DNA of 64,000 bases, from the NCBI RefSeq assembly GCF_963921235.1, contig NC_086097.1:254760001-254824000 (forward strand), in the 5' to 3' direction. The DNA comes from Mobula hypostoma. Lineage: Eukaryota. This document shows, piece after piece, positions 49,609-63,109 of the stretch (the stretch's first letter is position 1; each line of letters starts with the position of its first letter). A program made the translations under genes and the position numbers. Under the pieces are notes generated by a model. It was not told the DNA's origin. It searched no databases and saw only the letters and a list, made by a program, of their open reading frames with translations.

Positions 49609-50775
49609 TCAGAAAGCCTGTAATAAAGTCCCACATAGGAGATTAGTGGGCAAAATTAGGGCACATGATATTGGGAGCAGAGTACTGACATGGACTGAAA
49701 ATTGGCTGGCTGACAGAAAACAGTAGCAATTAATGGGTCCCTTTTGGAATGGCAGGCGGTGACCAGTGGGGTACTGCAGGGTTCAGTGCTGGGACCGCAG
49801 CTGTTTACAATATATATTAATGATTTAGATGAGGGAATTAAAAGTAACATTAGCAAATTTGCCAATGACACAAAGCTGGGTGGCAGTGTGAAATGTGAGG
49901 AGGATGTTATGAGAATGCAGGGTGACTTGGACAGGCTGGGTGAGTGGGCAGATGCATGGCAGATGCAGTTTAATGTGGATAAATGTGAGGTTATCCACTT
50001 TGGTGGTAAAAACGGGAAGGCAGATTATCTAAATGGAGTCAAGTTAGGAAAATGGGAAGCACAACGAGATCTAGGTGTTCTTGTACATCAGTCACTGAAA
50101 GCAAGCATGCAAGTACAGCAGGCAGTGAAGAAAGCTAATGGCATGTTGGCCTTCATAACAAGGGGAATTGAGTATAGGAGCAAAGAGGTTCTTCTGCAGC
50201 TGTACAGGGCCCTGGTGAGACCACACCTGGAGTACTGTGTGCAGTTTTGGTCTCCAAATTTGAGGAAGGACATTCTTGCTATTGAACGAGTGCAGCGTAG
50301 GTTCATAAGGTTAATTCCCAGGATGGCAGGACCGTCATATGTCGAAAGATTGGAGCAACTGGGCTTGTATACTCGGGAATTTAGAAGGCTGAGAGGGGAT
50401 CTTATTGAAACATAAGATTATTAAGGGATTGGACACGCTGGAGGCAGGAGACATATTCCCACTGATGGGTGAGTCCAGAACCAGAGGCCACAGTTTAAGA
50501 ATTGGGGGTAGGCCATTCAGAACAGAGTTGAGGAAAAACTTTTTCACCCCGAGAGTGGTGGATATATGGAATGCTCTGCCCCAGAAGGCTGTGGAGGCCA
50601 AGTCTCTGGATGCTTTCAAAAAAAGAGATGGATAGAGATCGTAAAGATAGTGAAATCAAAGGTTATGGGGATAAGGCAGGAACTGGATACTGATAGCGGA
50701 TGATCAGCCATGATCACAGCGAATGGTGGTGCTGGCTCAAAGGACCAAATGGCCTACTCCTGCACCTATTGTCTT
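49609..50775 (+). mobile_element. CR1 RT/3' fragment, right arm only
   Basis: 223-aa RT ORF 49744..50415. Empty site at ~44535. Confidence 0.9.
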
Positions 50776-51881
50776 CTCTGATTAGAACTGTTAGTTCTAA
50801 GTTTAGTTCCAAGTTCAGCTCCAGTTTCAAGATAGTCCCTGTAAATCCGGTCTCCTTGTCAAGATTCCTCCGGTTTGCTGTTCAACCTTCACATCTACTC
50901 CAGCATCCCCAACTCAGTCGACGTGCCTGTGTCCTGCACTTGGGTTCTCCTCAGTCACCCCATGCAACAGGCAGAGGTAGATAGATTCCCCATTTAGTTA
51001 GCACATGAAGCGTTATGGGGAGAAGGCAGGATAATAGAGCTGGGAGGAGAATTGGATCAATTATTGGAGTAATTCTGCTCCAATATCTATTGGGTTCCAA
51101 GAGCTCCCTTCTGGAGAGAGCCATATTTAAGTTCTCTGCAACACTGAATTACATCCAGTTCTCCAATTTCACAGTCCATGCAGCAGCACATATGCAGGCT
51201 TGTATCAATCGTGATTGAGAATTTACAGAACCTGGGCCTCTGTACCTCCCTCTGCAATTGCATCCTCGAATTCCTAACAAGGAGATCGCAATCTGTGCGG
51301 ATTGGTAATAACGTATACTCCTCGCTGATGATCAACACTGGCGAACCTCAGGGGTGTGTGCTTAGCCCACTGCTCTACTCTCTCTATACCCATGACTCTG
51401 TGGCTAGGCATAGCTCAAGTACCATCTATAAATTTAGTGACAATACAACCATTGTTGATAGAATCTCAGGTGGTGACTAGAGGGCATAAGGAGTGAGATA
51501 TGCCAACAAGTGGAGTGGTGCCACAGCAACAGCCTGGCACTCAACGTCAGTAAGACAAAAGAGCTGATTGCGGACTACAGGAAGGGTAAGATGACGTCAC
51601 ATATACCAATCCTCAGAGGGATCAGAAGAGGAGTGAGCAGTTTGAAGTTCCTGGGTGTCAAGATCTGAGGATCTAACCTGTTCCCAACATATTGATACAG
51701 TTATAAAGAAGGCAAGACAGTGACTATACTTCATTAGGAGTTTGAAGAGATTTGGTATGTCAACAAATACACTCGGAAACTTAGTATTGCTGCTGCTAAG
51801 TTGACACACCTCATGTCACATGCCGGTGATAATAAACCTGATTCTGATTGTATTGATGAACCGTGGAGAACATTCTGACAG

Positions 51882-54800
51882 AAAATATAGAAAACATAGA
51901 AAATAGGTGCAGGAGTAGGCCATTCGGCCCTTCGAGCCTGCACCACCATTTATTATGATCATGGCTGATCATCCAACTCAGAACCCTGCACCTGCCTTCC
52001 CTCCATACCCCCTGATCCCCGTAGCCACAAGGGCTATATCTAACACCCTCTTAAACACAGCCAATGAACTGGCCTCAACTGTTTCCTGTGGCAGAGAATT
52101 CCACAGATTCACCACTCTGTGTGAAGAAGTTTTTCCCTAATCTCAGTCCTAAAAGGCTTCGCCTTTATCCTCAAACCATGACCCCTCGTTCTGGACTTCC
52201 CCAACATCGGGAACAATCTTCCTGTATCTAGCCTGTCCAATCCTTTTAGGATTTTATACGTTTCAATCAGATCCCCCCTCAATCTTCTAAATTCCAATGA
52301 GTACAAGCCTAGTTCATCCAGTCTTTCTTCATATGAACGTCCTGCCATCCCAGGAATCAATCTAGTGAACCTTCTTTGTACTCCCTCTATGGCAAGGATG
52401 TCTTTCCTCAGATTAGGGGACCAAAACTGCACACAATACTCCAGGTGTGGTCTCACCAAGGCCTTGTACAATGGCAGTAGTACCTCCCTGCTCCTGTACT
52501 CGAATCCTCTTGCTATAAATGCCAGCATACCATTCGCCTTTTTCACCGCCTGCTGTACCTGCATGCCCACTTTCAATGACTGGTGTATAATGACACCCAG
52601 GTCTCATTGCACCTCCCCTTTTCCTAATCGGCTACCATTCAGATAATAATCTGCTTTCCTATTTTTGCCACCAAAGTGGATAACTTCACATTTATCCACA
52701 TTAAATTACATCTGCCATAAATTTGCCCACTCACCCAACCCATCCAAGTCACCCTGCATCCTCTTAGCATCCTCCTCACAGCTAACACTGCCGCCCAGCT
52801 TCGTGTCATCTGCAAACTTGGAGATGCTGCACTTAATTCCCTCATCCAAGTCATTAATATATATTGTAAACAACTGGGGTCCCAGCACTGAGCCTTGCGG
52901 TACCCCACTAGTCACTGCCTGCCATTCGGAAAAGGTCCCGTTTATTCCCACTCTTTGCTTCCTGTCTGCTAACCAATTCTCTATCCACATCAATACCTTA
53001 CCCCAAATACCATGTACTTTTAAGTTTGCACAGTAATCTCCTGTGTGGGACCTTGTCAAAAGCCTTTTGAAGATCCAAATATACCACATCCACTGGTTCT
53101 CCCCTATCCACTCCACTAGTTACATCCTCAAAAAATTCTATGAGATTTGTCAGACATGATTTTCCTTTCACAAGTCCATGCTGACTTTGTCCGATGATTT
53201 CACCGCTTTCCAAATGTGCTGTTATCACATCTTTGATGACTGACTCCAGCAGTTTCCCCACCACTGACGTTAGGCTAACTGGTCTATAATTCCCCGGTTT
53301 CTCTCTCCCTCCTTTTTTAAAAAGTGGGGTTACATTAGCCACCCTCCAATCCTCAGGAACTAGTCCAGAATCTAACGAGTTTTGAAAAGTTATCACTAAT
53401 GCATCCACTATTTCTTGGGCTACTTCCTTAAGCACTCTGGGATGCAGACCATCTGGCCCTGGGGATTTACCTGCCTTTAATCCCTTCAATTTACCTAACA
53501 CCACTTCCCTACTAACATGTATTTCGCTCAGTTCCTCCATCTCACTGGACCTTCTGTCCCCTACTATTTCTGGAAGATTATTTATGTCCTCGTTAGTGAA
53601 GACAGAACCAAAGTAATTATTCCATTGGTCTGCCATGACCTTGCTCCCCATAATCAATTCACCTGTTTCTGTCTGTAGGGGACCTACATTTGTCTTTACC
53701 AGTCTTTTCCTTTTTACATATCTATAGAAGCTTTTACAGTCAGTTTTTATGTTCCCTGCCAGTTTTCTCTCAATCTTTTTTCCCCTTCCTAATTAAGCCC
53801 TTTGCCCTCCTCTGCTGAACTCTGAATTTCTCCCAATCCTCAGGTGAGCCACTTTTTCTGGCTAATTTGTATGCTTCTTCTTTGGAATTGATACTATCCC
53901 TAATTTCTCTTGTCAGCCACGGGTGCACTACCTTCCTTGATTTATTCTTTTGCCAAACTGGGATGAACAATTGTTGTAGTTCATCCATGCAATCTTTAAA
54001 TGCTTGCCATTGCATATCCACCGTCAATCCTTCAAGTGTCATTTGCCAGTCTATCTTAGCTAATTCACGTCTCATACCTTCAAAGTTACCCCTCTAAGTT
54101 CAGAACCTTTGTTTCTGGATTAACTATGTCACTCTCCATCTTAATGAAGAATTCCACCATATTATGGTCACTCTTACCCAAGGGGCCTCTCATGACAAGA
54201 TTGCTAATTAACCCTTCCTCATTGCTCAAAACCCAGTCTAGAATAGCCTGCTCTCTAGTTGGTTCCTCGACATGTTGGTTCAAAAAACCATCCCGCATAC
54301 ATTCCAAGAAATCCTCTCCCTCAGCAGCCTTACCAATTTGGTTCACCCAATCTACATGTAGATTGAAGTCACCCATTATAACTGCTGTTCCTTTATTGCA
54401 CACATTTCTAATTTCCTGTTTAATACCATCCCCAACCTCACTACTACTGTTAGGTGGCCTGTACACAACTCCCACCAACGTTTTCTGCCCCTTAATGTTA
54501 TGCAGCTCTACCCATATCGATTCCACATCTTCCCGGCTTATGTCCTTCCTTTCTATTGCGTTAATCTCCTCTTTAACCAGCAACGCCACCCCACCTCCTT
54601 TTCTTTCATGTCTATCCCTCCTGAATATTGAATATCCCTGAACGTTGAGCTCCCATCCCTGGTCACCCTGGAGCCATGTCTCTGTGATCCCAACTATATC
54701 ATAATCATTAATAACAATCTGCACTTTCAATTCATCCACCTTGTTACGAATGCTCCTGGCATTGACACACAAAGCCTTCAGGTGCTCTTTTACAACTCTC

Positions 54801-55573
54801 TTAGCCCTTATACAATTATGTTGAAAAGTGGCCCTTTTTGATGCTTGCCCTGGATTTGGCCGCCTGCCACTTTTACTTTTCTCCTTACTACTTTTTGCTT
54901 CTACCCTCACTTTACACCCCTCTGTCTCTCTGCACTGGTTCCCATCCCCCTGTTGTGAACTAACCTCCTCTCGCCTAGCCTCTTTAGTTTGATTCCCACG
55001 CCCCAACCATTCTAGTTTAAAGTCACCTCAGTAGCCCTCGCTAATCTCCCTGCCAGGATATTGGTCCCCCTGGGATTCAAGTGTAACCCGTCCTTTTTGT
55101 ACAGGTCATGCCTGCGCCAAAAGAGGTCCCAATGATCCAAAAACTTGAATCCCTGCCTCCTGCTCCAATCCCTCAGCCACGCATTTATCCTCCACCTCAT
55201 TGCATTCCTACTCTCACTGTCGCGTGGCACAGGCAGTAATCCCGAGATTACTACCTTTGCGGTCCTTTTTCTCAACTCCCTTCCTAGCTCCCTATATTCT
55301 CCTTTCAGGACCTCATCCCTTTTCCTACCTATGTCATTGGTACCTATATGTACCACAACCTCTGGCTCCTCACCCTCCCACTTCAGGATATCTTGGACAC
55401 GATCAGAGATATCCTAGACCCTGGCACCAGGAAGGCAAACTACCATCCGGGTTTCTGGACTGCATCCACAGAATCGTCTATCTGACCCCCTTACTATCGA
55501 ATCCCCATCACAACTGCCCTCTTCCTTTTCCTAACCTTCTGAGCTACAGGGCCGGACACTGTGCCGGATGCCA
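51882..55573 (-). mobile_element. ~3.7-kb CR1 LINE (ORF1 esterase + ORF2), right arm only
   Basis: VHIGTND...DGLHLN, ITETWL, GDFN, SDHN, YRPVSLTS, FADD. GACAG on both sides. Empty site at ~42070. Confidence 0.92.
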
Positions 55574-56013
55574 GACAGGCTGCATCACTGTCTGGTATTG
55601 GCGGAGGCGGGGTGCTGGCTGGCTACTGCACAAGACCAGAAGAAGCTGCAGAGGGTTGGAAATTTAGTTGGCTCCATCTTGGGTGCTGGCCTACAAATTA
55701 CCCAGGACATAGTCAGGGAGCGGTGTCTCAGAAAGGCAGTGTCCATTATTAAGGACCTCCAGCACCCAGGACATGCCCTTTTCTCACTGTTACCATCAGG
55801 TAGGAGCTACAGAAGCCTGAAGGCACACACTCAGTGATTCAGGAACAGCTTCTTCCCCTCTGCCATCCGATTCCTAGATGGACATTGGACATTGAACCCG
55901 AGATCACTACCTCACTTTTTAAATATATAATATTTCTGGGTTTTTTTGCACAAGATTTAATCTATTCAATATATGTATACAGTAAATTATTTACTTATTT
56001 GCTATTATGATTT

Positions 56014-58761
56014 TACTTTACTTTATACTTTGTCACCAAACAATTGATACTAGAGCGTACAATCATCACCGCAATATTTGATTCTGCTCATGCTCCCTGG
56101 AGTACAAACCGAAAGTAAATATTAAAATTTAACCACATAAAAAACCATATAACAATTACAGCATGGAAACAGGCCATCTTGGCCCTTCTAGTCCGTGCTG
56201 AACTCTTACTCTCACTGAGTCCCACCAACCTGCACTCAGCCCATAACCCTCCATTCCTTTCCTGTCCATATATCTATCCAATTTAACTTTAAATGACAAC
56301 ATCGAACCTGCCTCAGCCACTTCTGCTGGAAGCTCGTTCCACACAGCTACCACTCTGAGTAAAGAAGCTTCCCCTCATGTTACCCCTAAACTTTTGCCCT
56401 TTTACTCTCAACTCATGTCCTCTTGTTTAAATCTCCCCCACTTTCAATGGAAAAAGCCTACCCATGTCAATTCTATCTATCCCCCTCAATTTTAAATACC
56501 TCTATCAAGTCCCCCCTCAACCTTCTATGCTCCAAAGAATAAAGACCCAACTTATTCAATCTCTCTGTAACATAGGAGATGAAACCCAGGCAACATTCTA
56601 GTAAATCTTCTCTGTACTCTCTCTATTTTGTTGACATTGTTCCTATAATTCGGTGACCAGAACTGTACACAATACTCCAAATTTGGCCTCACCAATGCCT
56701 TATACAATTTCAATATTACATCCCAACTCCTATACTCAATGCTCTGATTTATAAAGGCCAGCATACCAAAAGCCTTCTTCACCACCCTATCCATATGAGA
56801 TTCCACCTTCAGGGAACTATGCACCACTATTCCTAGATCCCTCTGTTCCACTGCATTCTTCAATGTCCTACCATTTACCATGTATGTCCTATTTTGATTA
56901 GTCCTACCAAAATGTAGCACCTCACATTTTTCAGCATTAAACTCCATCTGCCATCTTTCAGCTCACTCTTCCAACTGGCCTAAATCTCTCTGCAAGCTTT
57001 GAAAACCTACTTCATTATCCACAACTCCACCTATCTTAGGTATCATCTGCATACTTACCCATCCAACTTACCACCCCAACATCCAGATCATTAATGTATA
57101 TGACAAATAACATTGGACCCAGTACATATCTGAGGCACACCACTAGTCACCGGCCTCCAATCTGCCACAGTTATCCACCACTACTACTCTCTGGCGTCTC
57201 CCATCCAGCCACTGTTGAATCCATTTTACTACTTCAATATTAATGCCTAACGATTGAACCTTCCTAACCAACCATCCGTGTGGGACCTTGTCAAAGGCCT
57301 TACTGAAGTCTATATAGAGAACATCCACCGCTTTACCCTCGTCAACATTCCTAGTAACCTCTTCAAAAAATTCAATAAGATTTGTCAAATATGACCTTTC
57401 CCACACAAATCCATGTTCACTGTTCCTAATCAGACCCTGTCTATCCAGATTATTATATATACACCATCTCTAAGAATACTTTCCATTAATTTACCCACCA
57501 CTGATGTCAAACTCACAGGCCGATAATTGCTAGGTTTACTCTTAGAACCCTTTTTAAACAATGGAACAACATGAGCAATACGCCAATCCTCCGGCACCAT
57601 CCCCGTTTCTAATGACATTTGAAATATTTCTGTCAGAACCCCCAATTTAAATTATAATTTAAATTATAAATCATAAATAGAAAATAGAAAAGGGAAAGTA
57701 AGGTAGTGCAAAAAAATGAGAGGCAGGTCCGGATATTTGGAGGGTATGGCCCAGATCCAGGTCAGGATCCGTTCAGCAGTCTTATCACAGTTGGAAAGCA
57801 GCTGTTCCCAAATCTGGCCGTAGGAGTCTTCAAGCTCCTGAGCCTTCTCCCAGAGGGAAGAGGGACGAAAAGTGTGTTGGCTGGGTGGGTCGTGTCCTTG
57901 ATTATCCTGGCAGCACTGCTCCGACAGCGTGCGGTGCAAAGCGAGTCCAAGGATGGAAGATTGGTTTGTGTGGTGTGCTGGGCTGTGTTCACGATCTTCT
58001 GCAGCTTCTTCCGGTCTTGGACAGGACAACTTCCATACCAGGTTGTGATGCACCCTAGAAGAATGCTTTCTACGGTGCATGTATAACAATTAGTGAGGGT
58101 TTTAGGGGACAGGCCAAATTTCCTTTGCTTCCTCAGGAAGTAAAGGTGCTGTTGGGCCTTCTTGTCAGTGGACTCTGCTTGGTTGGACCAAGTCAGGTCA
58201 TTTGTGATGTTGACCCTGAGGAACTTAAAGCATTTGACCTGTTCCACTTGATCACCACCGATGTAAATTGGGTCGTGCGGTCTGCTACTCCTTCTGAAGT
58301 CAACAACCAATTACTTCGTCTTGCTGACATTGAGGGATATGTTATTGTCTTCGCACCATGCCACCAGGTTCTTAATTCCCCGTCTGTACTCAAACTCATC
58401 ATTACCCGAGATACGGCCTACAATTGTGTTGTCATCAGCAAACCTATATATTGAGTTCGATGGAAACCTGGCTACACAATCATGGGTGTACAGTGAGTAC
58501 AGCAGGGGGCTGAGTACACAGCCTTGTGGGGCACTGGTGCTCAGAGTGATTGTAGAGGAGAGCTTGTCCCCTATTTTTTACAGCCTGGGTCCTGTCTGTG
58601 AGGAAGTTGAAGATCCAGCTGCAGATCTGTATGCCAAGGCCCAGGTTCTGGAGCTTAGGAATCAGTTTATTTGGAATGATGGTATTAAAGGCAGAGCTGT
58701 AGTCAATAAAAAGGAGCCTTACGTATGTGTCTTTATTCTCCAGGTGTTCTAAGATTCTAGA
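56014..58761 (-). mobile_element. Rex1/Babar element with a nested CR1 (~56140..57643), right arm only
   Basis: [16 protein letters not shown] and LPSGRRLRS with an AAAGT-repeat tail. Nested CR1 RT motifs. Empty site at ~41640. Confidence 0.85.
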
Positions 58762-59784
58762 GATTATTTTCTTCTCTATTTTGTATTGCAATGAACTACT
58801 GCAGCTAATTTAGCATATTTTACGACACCTGCCGGTGATAACAAGCCTGACGCTGATTCAGACATAGATGAACAGAACATACTGAGCGACACAAATCGGA
58901 GGAGACCTGGTACAATGCCGGTCTGTATCTGCGTTCTGATACTTCAGATACTGGCACCACCTGCTGGTGTGGATTTGCAAACGCTGAACCGAGAGTGACT
59001 ACAAAAGGTTGCCCAATCAGTATTGAAGAAAGTAATGTCCGTGCCATCGTGTCCGTGTGGTAATCTCTTCTGTTGAACACTTGCTATGAAGCAGAGTCGC
59101 ATCATCTTGTTGCGTGGAGTCCAATCAACTCAGAGTGGAGAGACTGCGGGAGCGGCCTGTGTGAAGACTGAGTGCTCTGGAATGCTGGGCCGAGACAAGC
59201 TCGCGATGGGAATTGTGAGATTTGGTGCATCTGTATTCCACCTGGTGACGTGTCGGAGCAGTCCCGAGTGCAGTCTTATGTCACCAAGCTGCCCCGTGAC
59301 ACGGGATTGATCATTTGCGCCAGGAAAGAGTAGCACAGCTTCGAATGGTGGGGATCCTTAATGAAAGACTCTTGTGACCGTGATCTGTGAAGATGTGCTC
59401 AATGGTGTGAAGGATTTTTCAAGTGCTGGACTGGACTGTATCCATCATTTTCTGTGTAGAGCTTTGCACTGCTGGGCTAGAGCAGCTTGTGTGAAGAGCT
59501 GGCACTCTGGAATTTTACCCTGAAATAAGCTCGCCTTGTAGGACAAACACGAGATATTCAGCAGATGCTGGAAATGCAAATCCGCACGCTCAAAATGCTG
59601 GAGGAAGTCAGCAGGCCAGGCAGCATCTGTGGGAAAGAGTAGACAGGCGAGATTTGGGGCCGAGATCCTTCTGTGATTTGATGCCTTGCATCTGGTTAGG
59701 TGACGGGGCAGTTGTGAGAGCAGTGTTGTGCCAGTAAGTAGGTCCGTGATATGGAAGCGATGGTCAGCATAAGAGAAGAGCTAG

Positions 59785-59871
59785 TCCTTCGAGCCGGAAT
59801 CGAACCAGCGACCTAAGGATGTCAGCTTTTGTCTCTACAGTCCTCCGCTCTACCAGCTGAGCTATCGAAGG
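59785..59871 (-). tRNA. tRNA-Tyr(GTA) with 14-nt intron, copy 3 (right arm)
   Basis: Exact reverse complement of 40270..40356. Confidence 0.97.
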
Positions 59872-59929
59872 AAAGGCACAAATAGGGCGCTTCGCGTGGA
59901 CCCTTGCGACACGGAGTCACAAACTAGTG

Positions 59930-60299
59930 AGTTCAGCAGGTCGGGCAGCATCAGTAGAAAAGATCGGTCGACGTTTCGGGCCGGAACCCTTCGTCAGGAC
60001 TGTAGGGGGAAGGGGCAGAGGCCCTATAAAGAAGGTGGGGGGAGGGTGGGAAGGAGAAGGCTGGTAGGTTCCAGGTGGAAAAACCAGTAAGGGGAAAGAT
60101 AAAGGGGTGGGGGAAGGGAGGCAGGAAAGGTGAAGAAAGAATAGGGGAAAACACAATGGGTAGTAGAAGGAGGCGGAACCATGAGGGAGGTGGTAGGCAA
60201 CTGGGGGAGGGGCAGAGTGAAATAGGGATAGGGGAAGGGAGGGGGAGGGAATCACCGGAAGTAGATGTTCATACCAACTGGTTGGAGACTACCCAGACT
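59930..60299 (-). mobile_element. 5'-truncated Penelope-like element: endonuclease C-terminus, pyrimidine-rich 3' region and pLTR with hammerhead
   Basis: Minus strand encodes LGSLQPVGMNIYFR*, resembling the LGTLxPxGLN C-terminus of PLE GIY-YIG domains. CTGACGA...GAAACGTC motif present. 14-bp TSD GTC(A/C)CAAACTAGTG at 59916..59929 and 60300..60313. Confidence 0.8.
59965..60002 (-). ncRNA. Minimal type I hammerhead ribozyme (PLE-associated)
   Basis: Minus strand CAGTC-CTGACGA-A-GGGT-TCCG-GCCC-GAAACGTC-GACCG. Core CUGANGA and GAAA intact, stem II GGGU/GCCC, palindromic ACGU in place of stem III, GUC cleavage triplet, stem I CAGUC/GACCG with one mismatch. Confidence 0.7.
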
Positions 60300-60583
60300 G
60301 TCCCAAACTAGTGTCCATGTGATAAAACAGGTTGGGAACTCCTGCCTGCGGACAATGTTTCTGGAGCTGAGTGACAGCTGCGTGTCTGCCGGGTGGGTCC
60401 GAAACGTCGACTTGCTACTCCTTTGCATAGATGCTGTGTTGCCTGCTGAGTTTCTGCAGCATCTTGTGTGCGTTGCTTCGTATTTCCAGAATGTGCAGAC
60501 TTTCACCGAGGAAGAAAGAATTTTCCGGTGTTCGTACGTTTTGAAGTAGTCTAGCACTGACAGTGGTTTCCGATAAGCGAAGG

Positions 60584-60656
60584 GGGCCAGTGGCGCAATG
60601 GATAACGCGTCTGACTACGGATCAGAAGATTGTAGGTTCGACTCCTACCTGGCTCG
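60584..60656 (+). tRNA. tRNA-Arg(ACG), copy 3 (right arm)
   Basis: Same 73-nt sequence as the other copies, followed by GTGATGTTTT. Confidence 0.97.
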
Positions 60657-62794
60657 GTGATGTTTTCCTCATTCTTTTGCAAACTCGTCAGCTGTCCTCT
60701 TTCACCCCGCTTCTTGGCCAATTTCCTTCTTACCATTTATGACTGACTCCTCACCTGAAAGCTCACGCTTCATTTCCGCATCAGCTGCCAGTTATCTTTG
60801 TCTCATCGCTTCTCGGGCCTTTTGTCCTATCTAACGTGCCCTCTTCGCTGTTGCAAGGGGGAGCTGTCGCGACGGCGCCGAGCTGCGGTCTCCGCCAAGT
60901 TTAATTGTCATTCAACCATACAGTTCAGCATTCAACACCATAGTCCCATAGAGGCTCAGCAAGAAGCTCAGAGACCTCGGCCTTGACCCTGCCTTGCGCA
61001 TCTGGATCCGAGACTTCCTGTCAGATCGCCGGCACATTGTAAGAGTGGGTTCCCTCACCGCCAGCCCTCTGACTCAATGCAGAAGCGCCTCCGGGCTGCG
61101 GACTGAGTCCCCTCCTTTACTCCCTGTGCGAGCCAGAGCTTTAATCCGCTAACTAAATTTGCCAACTATACTGCATTGATTGGCCTTATCTCAAACAATA
61201 ACGAGCTGGCCTACAGGGAAGAAGTCATCTCTCTGACACAGTGATGTCAAGAAAACAACCTCTCCCTCAATGTTGCAAAAACAAAGGAGCTGGTTGTGGA
61301 TTGCAGGCGGAATGGAAACGGGCTAACCCCTATTGACATCAATGGATCTGGGGTTGAGAGGGTAAACAGACCGAGGACCTCACATGGTCTGTACACTCCA
61401 ACTGTGTGGTGAAAAAGGCACACCAACGCCTCGTTCACCTCATACTATTGAGGTAAGTTTGGTATGGCCCCCCCCCCCAAATCCTAAGAACTTTCTACAG
61501 GGCAGAATTGAGAGCATCCTGACTGGCTGCATCACTGCCTGGTATGGGAACTGTACTTCCCTCAATCGCAGGACTCTGCAGAGAGTGGTGCGGACAGCCC
61601 AGCACATCTGTAACCATAGAAACTACAGCACAGAAACAGGCCTTTTGGCCTTTCTTGGCTGTGCCGAACCATTTACTGCCTAGTCCCACTGACCTGCTCA
61701 CGGACCATATCCATCCATACACCTCCCATCCATGTATCTGTCCAATTTATTCTTAAATGTTAAAAAAGAACCCGCATTTACCACCTCGTCTGGCAGCTCA
61801 TTCCATACTCCCACCACTCTCTCTGTGAAGAAGCCCTCCCCTAATGTTCCCTTTAAACTTCCCCCCCCTCACCCTTAACCCATGTCCTCTGGTTTTTTTT
61901 CTCCCCTTGCCTCAGTGGAAAAAGCCTGCTTGCATTCACTCTATCTATACCCATCATAATTTTATATACCTCTATCAAACCTCCCCTCATTCTTCTACGC
62001 TCCAGGGAATAAAGTCCCAACCTATTCAACCTTTCTCTGTAACTGAGTTTCTCAAGTCCCGGCAACATCCTTGTAAACCTTCTCTGCACTCTTTCAACCT
62101 TATTTATATCCTTCTTGTAATTTGGTGACCAAAACTGAACACAATACTCCAGATTCGGCCTCACCAATGCCTTATACAACCTCATCATAACATTCCAGTT
62201 GTGAACTTCCCATGATTCAGGACATTTACAAGGACAAGTCTGTAAAAAGGGCCCATAGAATCATTGGGGACCCAAGTCACCCCAACCACAATCTATTCCA
62301 GCTGCTACCATCCGGGAAACGGTACCACAGCATAAAAGCCAGGACCAACAGGCTCTGGGACAGCTTCTTCCACCAGACCATCAGACTGATTAACTCATGC
62401 TGATATGAGTGTGGTCTATATTACATTGACTGTTCTATTTATTATAAATTACTATGATTACACATTTAGATGGAGTCATAGCAAAGATTTTTACTCCTCA
62501 TGTATGTGAAGGATGTAAGAAATAAAGTCAATTCAATTCATTTCAATAACAGCCAAATGAATCAGTGTTCCTCCAGGGGCACAGTGCAGAGCACAGAACC
62601 AACAGTAGCACGAGGCACATATAGCCTATTTCGGTATGATAGCAGGAAGCATACAGTCACAATACTGTAATAAAAGCCAAGTCCCTCAGTGTCAGCAATC
62701 TTGGCTGGGGTTTAGTTGTGTTTTAATTTGAGTTTAGGGACAGAGAGGAGGTTAATGTTCAGTTTCCTGCTTATTGACAGTGTTGTGGTCCAAA

Positions 62795-63109
62795 ATTGTG
62801 GGCACATGGCCAAGTGGTTAAGGCATTGGACTAGTGACCTGAAGGTCGTGTGTTCGAGCCCCAGCCGAGGGAACGTATTGTGTCCTTGAGCAAGGCACTT
62901 AATCAGACATTGCTCTGCAACAACACCAGTGCCAAGCTGTACAGGTCCTAATGCCCTTCCTTTGGACAACATCGGTGTCATGGAGAGGGAAGACTTGCAG
63001 CATGGGCAACTGCTGGTCTTCCATACAACCTTGCCCAGGCCTGTGCCCTGGAGAGTGAAGACTTTCCAGGCACAGATCCATGGTCTCGCAAGACTGATGG
63101 ATGCCCCTA
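62795..63109 (+). mobile_element. tRNA-headed SINE with a CORE-like block, right arm only
   Basis: A-box TGGCCAAGTGG, B-box GTTCGAGCC, GTGTCCTTGAGCAAGGCACTTAA block. 11-bp TSD TGTGGTCCAAA at 62784..62794 and 63110..63120. Single empty site at ~37501..37511. Confidence 0.85.

Noticed and set aside
61612..62196. Near-identical inverted match to 33200..33787 as part of the palindrome
   Set aside because: The two CR1 copies sit at non-paralogous positions and each has an empty site in the other arm. They are independent insertions of one young subfamily, also seen at 7980.
62800..62870. Additional tRNA gene
   Set aside because: It has A and B boxes but no proper cloverleaf. It is the head of a TSD-flanked SINE.
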